Assembly: GCA_020137815.1 (NCBI GenBank)
Contig: CM035351.1
Span: forward strand, 8,742,001-8,806,000
DNA: 64,000 bases
Reading direction: 5' to 3'
From: Hormiphora californensis
Taxonomy: Eukaryota > Animalia > Ctenophora
Shown: piece by piece, positions 50,774 to 63,690 of the stretch
How positions within the stretch are numbered: the first letter of the stretch is position 1
How the letters are laid out: the number at the start of each line of letters is the position of its first letter
Notes under the pieces: generated by a model
Databases searched by the model: none
What the model was told of the DNA's origin: nothing
The model's input: only the letters and a program-made list of their open reading frames with translations
Translations under genes and position numbers: made by a program

Positions 50774-53276
50774 GGGCTATGCGCTATATGCTTGCGCAAG
50801 TCCACCCCCATCCAGGATAAAGAAGATCACTATACCCGGCCCAGCTGTAGACGAAGGCACGTCAAGATCTTTAGTGTGATCGCACGGGGTGTCACAAACC
50901 TATTGACTGTTTGTATCACAGAATCGTTGAATGAGAGACTCTGATCGTGATGAGACACCCCACAGACATAGTTGAACTTGTCCATCTCTATATTCACCTG
51001 ATGGGGGGAATGCAGTGTGGTTAGAATGTGTGGTTTCCTTGGTAACCATACTGTGACAAGAACACAACAATAGATCCTTCCGGCTCTATTGTCCGAAAGA
51101 ATAATATATCATTAGATCACGTAAGCACAGAACGATTCATGTGACGGGAAAGAATCTTTTTGAATTGACAAGGCTACTAAGTAAATCTGTTACATGCCGA
51201 AAGGCTTTCAGTGGGAATCGGCTGTGTTTAAAGTTCGGTAAGGCGTCTGTTAATCATGCCGAAAAAGTAAAGTAGCTTTGATAGCTGCGCTTGAATCTGT
51301 CACAACCCCTCCCTTAGTCAGTGGGATGGATCCCTCCCACTGACTAAGGATCTGCACGAACCTGTTTTTCGTATGAGAAGATGTCATTTAGAATAGCCGC
51401 GTGGAGGGCTGTCTGGTATAGGCACTGCGACAAAATGTCATTATCTCGACTCTGACCATATGCCAATCCTCCTGAAATACATTTGTCATGATAAATTTGA
51501 GATCACGGAACTTCCGGTCTCTTAAACGCAGTCTCGCCTTCCCATTCACTAGGGTTTATTGTAGCGAAATTCTACTTGGTCGACATTCGACCGGTCATAA
51601 TTATGCATCCCATGGCCACTCCCTTGGTTACCTGCAAGATGAACACACATAGCGCCAGCAGAATCATTTGTCCTCAGCTTCTCGAAGTCGTTCATGCTCA
51701 AAGGAAATGGTTTTCCTTGTTTCATGATGTTGATGTAGGGTGCACAAAGGGTCGCTCCGTGCTTCAGATGGTCCCTTAGATGTCCGATGAACTCCTTGTA
51801 AAACATTCTACTAAAGTGGATCAGAGATTCCGCTCTGAGAAAACGGGCCAGTTTCACCTGAACAAAATGTGACATTCAGAAAGGGAGAGAGTGACATTCA
51901 GAAAGGGAGAGAGTTACTCAGAATCGATAGATGGATTTTTATTCAGATCTAGGGAGGGACTGGGGAAAGGAGGATTGAAACAAAGAATTTAGCTATTTTA
52001 TATCCGCCCACAGTTGCTATAATAAATGAGATGGGTGGATGACAATTCATCAGTATGTGTGCGGTGTGAGGAGCTAGGCGCAGGTCGTTAGTATTTATAC
52101 TGTATTCTTGGTCCCCGCCCACGCACATTCCTCCTAACCCCTCAACCAACCACCATGTATGGGCAATGGGCATTGGGCAAATTGCAATGCCCATAATTGA
52201 ACATGTTCTTCACCCTGTACCATACTTCATAAAGCACCCCCCTCATCCATATTTGGGCATGTCACCCATAAAGCTTCCGCCACTTCCACCATATTTAGGA
52301 ATATTTCACCAAGCAGCCTCTAATTCCTCCCCCTCCCTCAAGTCTCAACTTACCACAGGGCTTGACACCTCAAAGTGGAGCAAGTCTGGCATATCCACGG
52401 CCTCCTCATCCACCAGGTTGAGGATGTCCTCATTGGTCCTTGCCACTTCATCCTCCCATCCTTGGAACTGCTCCTCGCTGTGGATCTCAGGGTCGTAGTC
52501 AGTGAGAAACTTGTCCCGGATATCGTCTATAGTGTAGACCAATGACATCCATGTGATGTAGCAACGGAGTTGGTCAAAGTTGAGCTGGGGTCCGGTCAGG
52601 CTTGCCAGGGTTGTGATCTGAATAGAGAAGGTGTTAGCTGATATCTTGTCGGTTGGAAGTTGAGTTAGAACAAATTCATAAGGCAGTCTTTTCAATTCTT
52701 TCTTCCATACAACTCGATAAACTGCAGCTTATATTGCATACTCACATTTAGACTGGTCCAGAAGTGCCGTTTTCGGTCCCCTCGCTCACCAGGACCGATA
52801 AGGCCGACAAACTGGAGTGTCTCCAGGAACCTTTCCAGAAGGCGGGGTGTGTTGTGCACGTTCTGTCCCGCAGAAACGCTCTCAGGGGAGAGGGGCAACT
52901 CGAAGTCAGTCTCCTGCAGACTTGACACTAGGTCCGTGGTGCGGTCGATCTCTACAAAAAACAGAGAATATACAGTGGTTAGATATTATAGAAAGATCTT
53001 TTGGGTCAATATTTTGACATATGTGTGCAGTGTGCAGTGTGTGGTCGTGTGGCTGGTAGTCAAGGTGTTAGCCATTTAGATTTAGAACCACTAGAGAAGG
53101 TCAACAGTGTGCCTATACAGTGCAAACTTGAGGCAGACAGAAAACCACAAAGTCGATTCAAAACTATTGGTATACAGCACGGTTCAAAGTGACGAAAGAT
53201 TGATTGAATGGCTACTGCTACTACTGCATTAATCTAAGCAAATCATTCGGCTATGCTATCACTATTCCCTATCCTT

Positions 53277-53307
<31 letters not shown>

Positions 53308-53718
53308 TCCCCCAAAGTGATAGCCCTCATTTCTAGAAACCTCAGCTATGTGAGAGAGAGTTATGGAAAGTGCTTCAATTTGAGGTCAGGCCACTCTCCT
53401 CGAAGTTGTGGGTGGGCAGGAGTAACGACACGACGCAGTGAGAGACCCACATGTAGAAAGGACCCTGGTACGGGGAAAATTTACGGAGAGGGTGATTGAA
53501 GAATATAATATGCTGATCTATACGCCCAGGCTGTGTCGCGACCAAACATCAGTACTAGGTGGAAATGGCTGCCTTTTTGAAGTATGGAACTGTTTGAGAT
53601 GTTAAAGGTTATTACCAGGGGTGGTGCATAAAGACTGACTCCGGGTCATTTTCCGTTTCCTGGTGGTGTTGGTGGGTTCGTTGATACTCGTCATGATGCT
53701 TGGAACTGGAACTGGCAT
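50392..53718 (-). CDS. Class I terpene synthase (microbial-type, alpha-only), 6 exons, ~447 aa; one frameshift near 52705
   Basis: Exons 53718-53616, 52951-52354, 51857-51632, 51471-51362, 50997-50900, 50602-50392. Motifs in canonical order: DDIRD (52527-52513), RTNDSAG, NDIFSYEKQ (51388-51362), WVKQCGRY (50487-50464). Exon 1 is the least certain. Confidence 0.88.
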
Positions 53719-54378
53719 AACGATGGAGTTGATGATAGCAGTCGATTAACACAGTTGTAGAAGGGATTGTAGAACTGAAATTCACAAGCTGAACTGATTG
53801 GACACGATACAAGAAAAGTTGTGAGACTAACTCGTCCGCTTCGTTTAAGTAGGGTCACTGGATTTGTCTCTCTCTCTCTCTCTGCCGACACTCCCCGCTC
53901 TTCCGCCTATTCTATTGCGTCACGTTACCTGCCGTACCCGGGTATAATTGATATTCAATTGCAGACAGTTGTTGGTGATCCGATATAGACAGTGCCAGAT
54001 GGATGGAGATCTATTCTGAGAAATCCCTCTCTCTCTTAGTACTGCTGCAGATGATCGTCTTTAGTCGCAATGACGTTATATGAGGGGCGGCATACAGATC
54101 ACTCCGACTCAGCTATAGGATAACGCGAGGGAGATCAGACAACACAGGAGCTATGGATACTGCGACCATGAATTGCGTTTTGACCACACGATCAGTTCTT
54201 CTTCGTGATTTCATTCTACCACGCAACTTCCCACATGTGATCTATCTATTTGATGGTGATTAACTTGCCAAGCCCTGCTAAAGAACACATACCATCGGTA
54301 TTTTCACAATCTCACCAAAGTGAATCGGCAGATCATTAGCCTTGGAATTATATAGCTCTCAATCCCTTCTCTCTTTCC

Positions 54379-54447
<69 letters not shown>

Positions 54448-55090
54448 CCTCCCTCTCCTTATTTTTCAGTTTCTTCTTGTGAGAACTGTGCCGTGAGCCA
54501 CGCCTCCTAGCTTCTTAGTTCCTTCCCTCTTTTAGTATATAAGTCATACCAGAACCTGAGTTTACTTTCTCCTACCTCTAACTCTCTCTCTCTCCATCTC
54601 TCTCCCTCCCACGATTCTCCTCTACTCAGGGGGTTTAGCCGTTACGGATAATCTGATCTCTCTTCCTCTCTATCTCCCTCTCTATCTGTCTCTTCTATGA
54701 TCACTATAGCAGCAGCAGAGACCGAGGCTAAAGACCTCAGAAACAAGTAAGAGAATGAAAGAAAGAGCTTGAGAGATTCAGGTTGGGAAGCCGTACTAGG
54801 TTTAACGGAGTATCTGAGGATGGATCCATACCCCAACTATCACGACAATCGTCGGCAAATGAAAGAGACAGTGAGGCAGAGACAGTGAGGCAGAGACACG
54901 AAGTGAGGGAGAGACACGAAGTGAGGGAAAGAGAGAGAGACAGGTAATGTCATGGACTAGAAGTAGAAATTCCACTGGAATGAGAAAAGGAGGCACAGAG
55001 ATTTGGAGAGAGTTCTGCTGGGGATCCGAAGGCCTCGCCCACGTCAAAAAATGTGCATATGTGCACCACTAAGGATCGGGAGAGTGCAAA

Positions 55091-55133
<43 letters not shown>

Positions 55134-55258
55134 TGTGTGTGTGTCAGCATACCTAAACCAGTAGATGAGTCGCCATATGGTGACGAGTGAAGCTGTGAAG
55201 GTCCAGCTCCGCTTCCATCGTCTCCTCCCAACATAGTGAGAGTCCGGCTCTCAATCAC

Positions 55259-55328
55259 AAGTAAACAACCAATCAGAACTCGTTATTTAGGGCACGTGAC
55301 TTGTTATCAGCCAATCAGGGTCCAGTAT
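55259..55328 (+). repeat. Short dispersed repeat fragment (AAACAACCAATCAGAACTCGTTATTTAGG..CACGTGAC..CCAATCAGGG)
   Basis: Flanked by a ~26-bp direct duplication (TGAGAGTCCGGCTCTC.ATCACAAGT). Resembles a high-copy repeat I recall from Pleurobrachia bachei; not verified. Confidence 0.5.
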
Positions 55329-58300
55329 AATGAGAGTCCGGCTCTCGATCACAAGTGTCCCACCAGGAGACACACACAAAGTAAAAACACAATGCCACAG
55401 TGGGGTTGAAAAGTGTGTAGTTTTTGGCACACAGTCATATACTGATGTGTGGTTGTGATCTCAACTGCTGTAACCGCCATCAACCAAGGGCATGTTGTTC
55501 AGCGTCACGAGATATTGACGATTTACGTGACAATTGGAAAAGTTACTCCTCCCCGTGGGCTGCCCTTCTGTCCCAGGGCCAGGGAGTTGATAATTTTAGA
55601 AACTGCTGCAGTGCAATCTGCCAGTTATTCGGTGACGTGTCTTCTAACCGCACATTGCAACCATGTTCTCTCTCTCTCCTTCTTTCTATTTCTCTCTTGT
55701 TCTACCATTGTCCGTTTTTTCTCATTGTTCTCTCCATTTCGACAAACCAGGTTATTTGGTTGTGTGTGTGTGTCCTAGGTCATTCTAAAATACCAGACAA
55801 TGACCCAATTTGGAACCTCCTTCTGTCGGCCCCAAAAAGAAAACAAAAGTGTCATACCACCGCAACACTGTGAGTCACAGTCTGTGACATGCAGTCGATG
55901 CCTGGTAGTGATCATCTAGCAACTTTATTTCTACTTTAGAGTTTTGGTATCCATGGTGAATTAGTGACGTCACGATTTGACACTTCATAATCTCATGTGA
56001 TGTCTTCAGTCAGGCACGCGATATTACTGTTTCATCTAACTCATGTGTCAGGTGATCCCCCTCTGAGCTATTTCGCCAGGAAGCTGTAGGGAGTTCGTCC
56101 AGTATAGGCGTATCTCAGGGCGTGAAGAATTATATGTTCGCCTGGTTAAACACGCAGGAAGTAACTCCCTAGAATTCTATCATTCTCCCTTTCATCGAGA
56201 CATTCTCCCACCCTCCCAATTATGATCAATGCTATAGCACCCAAGCCCCTAATTAACACTCGGCTCTTGGAATCAACGGAGGGAGACTGTCGAGAGAGGG
56301 AGAGTGAGAGAGTGAGTGAGTGAGAGTTATGGAGAGAGGAAGAGAGAATTGGGAGAGAAAGAGAGAAAGAAAGTTATTGAGAGAGAGAGAGGGAGAGAGA
56401 AAGAGATAGAGAGACGTTCGAATGAAGAGGGGGATAGTCTGAGAGGAAAGTTGCCTTGTAAATTGGCTCTCCTCTCCTTGCTTCCTTATGTCGAATGTTC
56501 GAATAAAGAGCTAGGATTAATTGGAGCGAGCAATAGCCCAAATCAGGGAGTTTTCAAAACCAATCATTTCGAATGAATTCGTTAAAGGAAAATAAAAACA
56601 AGTACGGACTACGGAGAAATACTAATAATAATAATAATACACGTACTTATATTCCGCCCATACCGTCCAGGGGTAGCAGATCAAAATATAACTACACTGA
56701 CTACTACCACTGACGGCAATTAGAGCGGGATACACAGTTAGAAAAAAAAACACTCTATTAGAAGACCAACTTGGAATAAACTGAATTAAAACGGCTCACA
56801 TAATGCGGAGAAAAAAAACTGATGACAATCACTGACTTAAATGGATGAAAGTTCCAAAATAATCCTATATAAATCAATTTCACACTGCTTCACACAATAT
56901 CCACTCGTGCTTCAAACCCTCAGAAAAAAATGCTGATGTGTTAAAGAAAGTGCAAAGAATTTCAATCGTTATAGGTCATCAGAAGAACAGCAATAAATTG
57001 CGGCATCGAAACACGAACATAACAAGCTTAGGATTTGAATGATCGCCAGCAAATAAAATTCAAAATCAAACCCATGACATGCACTTAGCGAAGCTTCGAA
57101 ATCCAACAATATTTTATAGAGTCTCAGACTCGAAGACATTCAGAGCTAGTTGACTCAATTAGATAATCATACTTCGTAGGTCTACCAGGTTCTTGATGGT
57201 ACAACATCACTTGACAAAGGGTCGAGCTCATCAATACTAAAGGGATTTCCTAATTCTTGAGCTAGTAGGGAAATAGTTTCCAGGAACTTCGGGGCTGCCG
57301 GCCATAATTCATACGAGAATAATACTTTTAATTTCAATAGCCTGAAGCACAACCTACTTATGCATGAACGCTGGTTGAACGCTGGTTGGCCATTGCTTGA
57401 GGCACCGCCGGGATGGGCTTCTTTGTGAAGCCTCCTGATCTGAATTTCAGAAATCGTAATCAGAAAACATGTTGGTGCGGAAAGAATCTGAACAAAAAAC
57501 AATATATCATAAGCCGATACTGGGTGCCGCTGCCCCGCCGAACCTGTCTGACCAACTGGTCTTCCCATTGATCGGAGGTGGTGCTTCTAGACATCTAAAG
57601 TGGCAAGGGGGACATGGTCTTCTCGCACCGACAACATTGCGGGAGAAGAGAGTTCCGTGTGGGCACAAGTACAGACACTATCAGATAAGAAGAATAACGT
57701 CAGCTACCGATTAGAGTTTATGTTTAAAACCAACCCAGTTTCAAGTCTGAAATTTTATCTTTGAAAGCCGGAAGCCTAAGTCACATCACGATAACAGGTC
57801 TAGATTGGAAGCATGCAGGCAGATGAAGCATCAAAAATAAATTTTTTTAAATGGTGATTTGCTAATTGATTTTAACTAATTGATTATTTTACTTACTCAT
57901 TATCGCAGCTGATGGTCGTTCTTGTAGGTTGCTTGTTAACGCCAATAGAAACAAAACTTAGACACGGTATATAGTTGGGCAACATAGTTGTTGCATGATA
58001 CCTGGGGTAAGCGTTGCCCCTATTGGCTCCCATCCTCGACCAATGGGATCGCTCCGAATTTTCTCCACAGGACTATACGGTTTCAGAGCGCTGAGAGGAA
58101 ATCTAATTTTACCAGTGGCTGATCAACCCCTCCCCTCTTTACTCTCTCTTTCTCTCTCTCTCGTTAAACGTGTTTAGACTCACTGCCGGTCTCCGATCAT
58201 CTGAGGGGTATAATAGTGACACACGGGATAGCTCTCAGATAGTTTACGGCCAATGTCGCTACAACAAACACACTCTCTCCGAGCCAAGTCATTGACCAAT

Positions 58301-58452
58301 CGTGGGGACAGTTCCATGGCTTCCATCAGCGATCTCAGAGATCCACCTTCTAGATGGGAGAGAGAGAGAGATGGGACGCTATGAAGGCACCCAGAATACG
58401 CAGCATTTCCGGGCTGGTTTTAGACAGAGAGAAAGGGAGAGAGAGAGAGAGG

Positions 58453-58536
<84 letters not shown>

Positions 58537-59069
58537 GTGCGAGTGATGATTGACCAGGTTTTAGAGAGAGAGAATGAAGCGAGAGAAAAAGGTCAGTCGA
58601 CTGTGTGCTTGATTTACCGCCAAATTACTCCATAAATTCAGGGAATGTATGCTAAATGCACCTCCTGAGTTGCCCACGTACTAATCCAGTACTACAGTTA
58701 ATACTGTACTATGGGAGTCAAGCCAATACCGTATAGGTATCACTACCAGGTATACATTTGGTTACAATTTAAGCGAAATGGAAATTTGTGCCGTAGTAGT
58801 GAAATTTTGTTATCGGTCCGGGCTCGTATTTAAAACAGAGGTAACCTTGCTACCAAAACTTGGGAGTGGGACGCAAATCCTAAAATTCTTTCCCAGAAGT
58901 TCGATTACAGCTGGTCACCGGTTCCGGTTGTTATTACTCAACAAGATTCCGTACTAATACTCAGAGCCAAATAATGTCGAAGTCATTGCTTGTCAGATTA
59001 CGCGACCCTTCGGCCCGGTGCGAAGCGAGGGTTACGGAAGTAACAAGTCATTGCAGATGCTCATTGCTC

Positions 59070-59290
59070 AACCTTTTTCCCTTTCCTTCACGGTTCACCC
59101 TTGGTCCCTTCATCATCAGTCTGTAACATAAATGTGGCATGAGGAGTCCTCGCATATCATTGAGGAGGCCGTAATCATCAGTCTCTCTCAAGAGCTTGGT
59201 GGACTAGACGACATACACTAGACCAGAATCGAAACCCGAGACCTAGTCACTAGTGCGTGAGAGGCGAGTGTACTAGCCACTACACCACCC
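59070..59290 (-). mobile_element. tRNA-derived SINE-like sequence
   Basis: Minus strand begins GGGTGGTGTAGTGGCTAG (A box), then CGCCTCTCACGC (Glu-like anticodon arm) and GGGTTTCGATTC (B box). It does not close a proper acceptor stem. The 3' end is approximate. Confidence 0.6.
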
Positions 59291-59365
59291 TGTCGATTAA
59301 TGTACTCTGATAGTATGGTATCCAGAGAATGATCATTGATCTTCTTGGCCTCATATTTTAGTACG

Positions 59366-60185
59366 GTGTAATCCACTACTTCCCCCCCCTCCCAGTGTAA
59401 CCACTACTTCCCCCCCCCCAGTGTAACCACTACTTCCCCCGGTGGGCGGACTCTAGTGCTAACGGACTCTTTATCTAAATTCAAGGCGGACTCTATATCT
59501 AAAAGCGGACTCTTTATCTACAGTTAGACTTTGAAAAAAATTTAGATAAAGAGTCCGCCCAGTGTAGACTTTTTAGATATAGAGTCCGCACTGTGTAGAC
59601 TTTTTAGACATAGAGTCCCCTGGTACATTTTGGCGCCAAATCCCCCAACCCGGACTCTATGTCTAAAATCCTAAACCAACCCAAAACCTAACCCTAACCC
59701 TAACCCCAACCCTAACCTCGAACCCAAATAATGGCCCTAACACTTCTCAATTAGTATAGAGGTACAGCAAACTCTCGTTTCCGGCCTAACGGCCGAAATC
59801 TCGAGTTCGCTGAGAATGGCGGACTCCATGTCTAATTTAGATTTATGTAGATATAGAGTCCGCTCTTTGTAGACTTTTTAGATAAAGAGTCCGCCCTGTT
59901 TAGACTTTTTAGAGATAGAGTCCTCCTAGAGTTTAGACTTATTTGGACTCTTTATCTAAGTCTAAATTTAGATATAGAGTCCACTGTAGACTTAGAGTGT
60001 AGCACTAGAGTCCGCACACCACTTCCCCCCCCCCCCCCCCCAGTGTAACCACTACTTCCCACCCCCCCCCCCAACCCAGTGTAACCACTACCTCCTCCCC
60101 TCCCCCCCCCCCCCCCCCCCCCCCCCGGTGTAACCACTACTTCCCACCCCCCCCCCCCAGTGTAACCACTACCTCCTCCCCCCCA
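59366..60185. repeat. C-rich minisatellite GTGTAACCACTAC(T/C)TCCn
   Basis: About 3 units left and 5 units right of the inserted MITE. Confidence 0.88.
59441..60020. mobile_element. Mutator- or Merlin-like MITE
   Basis: TIR GGTG(G/T)GCGGACTCTAGTGCTA (20/21 match), 9-bp TSD ACTTCCCCC on both sides, internal GGACTCT(A/T)TATCTA repeats. Confidence 0.82.
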
Positions 60186-60281
60186 CCCCCTCAATAAGTG
60201 TGTAACCCGCACGAGATTGAAGGTGTGCTAGAACAAGTAGGAAAGAGCTGTATGGCGGCGTCATACCCCCATTTGATTCTC

Positions 60282-60725
60282 GACAGTGCGCTCAGATGGG
60301 GTCGGCGGCGCCAGACAGGGAAAGATCAGGGGACCTCCGTGCCCGAGTCGCAATGAATATTTCAACGGCAGTGGTAGTACCACTTCGGACATAAATTATG
60401 CCCCTGGACATGTCGTATTGCAGGGTCAGTTACTGTTTCAATATTTTCAGCCCGCTCATTTCCAGGAACTATAACTTCCAGGATGAATTACTTACTGTTA
60501 TCAAAACAAATACATGCATTAATATCACACACATCCCTGTATGATATATGTCAAATATGTTTACAGCCGTACTTGCCTAATGCCTGCCATACTGTATATC
60601 GTTGATTTACGGGAAGTGGTATGGGGGACTCATTTATGCATTGTTTTTCTAGTCCATACCACCGACAGAGTCGCCTTGCTATATCCTCTTGTCTGGCGCC
60701 GCAGACCCCATCTGAGTGCACTGTC
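60282..60725. repeat. 36-bp inverted repeat pair, possible MITE
   Basis: 60282-60317 vs 60690-60725, 34/36 complementary. No TSD seen. Confidence 0.6.
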
Positions 60726-61525
60726 AAATCGTGGTCTGGCGCCGCCAGGCATATATCCTCTGACCTCTCTCATATCACCGCGTCATGTTGTAAAGAAGGG
60801 TTGGAACAGTGGCAGAGACGGTCTGCTGCAGAGGCCTCACTCAGTGTACTTTTCCGATGTGTACTTGCAGTCAACTATTGAAACTTTCAATATGAAAGTT
60901 CATCTAGCATCTGATCCCATTCTATGTAGGGTGTTTCAGTTTAGTACGGAGATTTAGTGTCCATTTCATGTTCTTAATAAAGAGCGCCCAGCGACCAATA
61001 AATTTGTCAGGATTTGAGTCCTAAAAGTCCTTAATTTTTATTGCTTGAGTTCCTTAATTTTGTATACTTGGATAGAAATGAAGCCTGGGAGGGAGGGTGC
61101 AATTGTCTTCTTAGTTCTTCCTTCCTCGACTGTGTGGTCTTGAATTGTCTTTTTATCAGCGCTTCAAACTACAGTCCATATGTTTGATTTTTGTTTTATC
61201 AGTGAAATAATAATAAACTCGAATTTTCCACGCTGTGTCCCTTGTACTTCCTCCTCACATCCGAATCGAATTAGCTGGGTGTATTTAACCCTGATAATAT
61301 TACTTGACCTATCTTCTCGGGTGTTTTTGAAATACAAATATATTTTCTCCCTCTCAACTGTATTAGCATATCTCTCTCTCTCTCTCTCTCTTTCTCGTTG
61401 GCCCTATCTCGCGTGACACAGTCACACGTTTCTTGATGCACCACAAAACTCTCTTATCTCACCTCATTCTTTCTAACCATCTCTTTCTTGCAACTTGTGA
61501 TTCTATAGCCCCTTCCCTTCTGAAC

Positions 61526-63690
61526 ATGGAGCTAGCAAAGAATGGGGAACAGACACCACTCCTCGAGGGGTCGGGGCCAAGGGATTCTGGTGAAGTTGAG
61601 GGCTCTAAGAAAATTAATCTCCTCAGCTGGTACTGATTTGTTTGTTTTTTTTTGTTTGTCAACCTTTTTTTGTACAGTCGGACCCCGATTTAACGGCACC
61701 CTCGGGGGAAAGGGTTTTGTCCGTTAAATCGGGGTGTCCGTTAAATCGGGGTAGAGCATATTTGGTCCATAAAACCCTATTTTTGTCCAAAATGCTATAC
61801 TAAAACACCTCTAAGTGTTAAATGCAATGTCCATGTATTGATTACATAATCATTTCTGATTAGAAAAAGAAAATAATTTTTTTTTAAATCAAAAAAAGTT
61901 ATAACATTTTCTAAGGTACAACCATGTGGCATGTCCGAATCGCTTATTGAACCAGTGCATCTTATCGCATGTCTTGCTGCTAATTAGACGGTTCGAAACG
62001 AACCGATACGTGATACCATGCCGAATCGGGGCACTTTAAGCGGGGTGAGGAAGAATTCGAATTTCAAAATATCTTTTTCTCTGAAAATTCATGGGGAGCA
62101 CCGATCAAAGCAATGACAATCATTCTGTAAAATTTTGCAAAAAAAGTTATGAAAATTGTTCAAAGGTACCTATTTCAACCACGTCCGAATCGTGTTTCTA
62201 ATCAGTGCATCCTATCGCACGTCCTGTCGCTAATTAGACGGTTCGAAACGAACTGATACGTGATCCCCATGGGATCAGTTAAGTTTACCAAGCGTCAAAA
62301 TTGCGATTCGATGGGCCTCATGGGGATCACATATCTGTTCGTTTCGAACCGTCTAATTACCGGCAAGACATGCAATAAGATTCACCGATTCGAAACACGA
62401 TTCGGACGTGGTTAATACACCTTTGAAAAATTTTCAAAAAATTTTCAAAAAAAAATTTTCACAAAATTTTTGGGGGAAATTTATCCTGCCGTTAAATCGG
62501 GGTGCCGCTAAATCGGGGGCCGTTAAATCGGGGTCCGACTGTATCTCCTCAATCTCTCTGATCTCTTTGAGCCTCCCACTCCCTCCCTCTCTTTCTATCC
62601 CTCTCTTCCTCCTATCTTCCTCCTCTCTATAATCCCTCTCTCTCCATTCTCTCTCTCACTCTCACTAGCCACTATAATCTATAATCACCCTCTCCTAACC
62701 CCCTCCCTCTCTCCTCAGTATCTCTGTTGCCCTCTCCATGATGACGGGTGTGGGGATCTTCATCTTCCCCAACCTAGTTCTGCAGGGTGTCAACAGTGGT
62801 GGTGCATCTCTCCTTGTCTGGACTGGAGCAGGGGGTGTAGCTCTACTGGGTGGTTTAGCTTACGCAGAACTAGCTCTCACCCTCCCGGTAAGATTTAGGT
62901 AGATAGGTTCCCACCTAAACCTGGGTCATGTCCCCCTCAGCCTTCATATATATGTGACCATCTTTTGACTTCACAATTAGAATTGACACCACAATGGAGG
63001 GTCGGGAACACTTGACATTTCAAATGTCGTGTGGTAAATTGGTGAAGTCATGCGAATACCTCAGAGATAAGAAATACATGTTCCCCTTGCTAGAAATGTG
63101 ATAAATAACTTAACCATGGCATAGTATAGAGTGCATATATGTATTGGCATCTTGTCAGGAATATTTATTCCACGTGGTGAGAGACTCTATATGGTCCGCG
63201 CCCAGGTTGGAGTCCATCACTTCCCCCAACGTACCCCTCTCCTACACCGCCCTCCAATCCCTCTCCTACCCCCACCACCCCTTTCCTACACCACCCTCTA
63301 ACACTCTCCTCTCCTACTACAGGGTTCAGGGGGAGAACTAGTTTATGTATTGGAGGTATTTGGGGCTGTTCCTGCTAACCTATTTGTCCTTACCAGCGCC
63401 TTTATCAAATATCCTGCCATCACTATTATCATGACAAGGTACTACCCCCAGGCCCCAATCTTAAACAATGAAACCTCTGTATACCGGAACTTTTGATAAC
63501 CTAGAGCCTCTAGATACCGGTGGAGTATCAAACATATTGTTCAAAACATCCCTTCGCACGTCATTCTAAATATTAAAACATTTGTACAGGTCAGTGTTCA
63601 CGTATAGTGCCCAATTTATAGACAGTGGAATCTCCGTATCATCCTACCCCTACCCTCAGCTCACAAGTGTTACCGGTATCGTCATTATAG
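61526..63690 (+). CDS. SLC7 L-type amino acid transporter (LAT-like); 5' exons only, gene runs off the window
   Basis: Exons ~61526-61629, 62719-62887, 63323-63438, 63590-63690. Peptides MMTGVGIFIFPNLVL, GASLLVW, GGLAYAELALTLPGSGGELVYVLEVFG. Confidence 0.92.
61675..62541. mobile_element. pogo/Tigger-like MITE, copy 2, in SLC7 intron 1
   Basis: TA|CAGTCGGACCCCGATTTAACGG...CCGTTAAATCGGGGTCCGACTG|TA. Reverse-orientation homologue of 9504-10364. Confidence 0.92.

Noticed and set aside
51312-51349. 38-bp near-perfect palindrome in a TPS intron
   Set aside because: Isolated, with no TSD or second copy in the window, so no function can be supported.
52722-52746. 24-nt GTGAGT...CTGCAG micro-intron as an explanation for the TPS frameshift
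   Set aside because: Its length is a multiple of three, so it cannot restore the frame, and it is far shorter than other introns here.
57182-57714. ORFs of 128 and 81 aa, checked as possible terpene tailoring genes
   Set aside because: No recognisable motifs or convincing exon structure. I found no P450, prenyltransferase or dehydrogenase near the terpene synthase, so no biosynthetic gene cluster is claimed.
59215-59290. Possible tRNA-Glu gene
   Set aside because: Has A and B boxes but an expanded variable region and no pairing acceptor stem. Better read as a SINE head.
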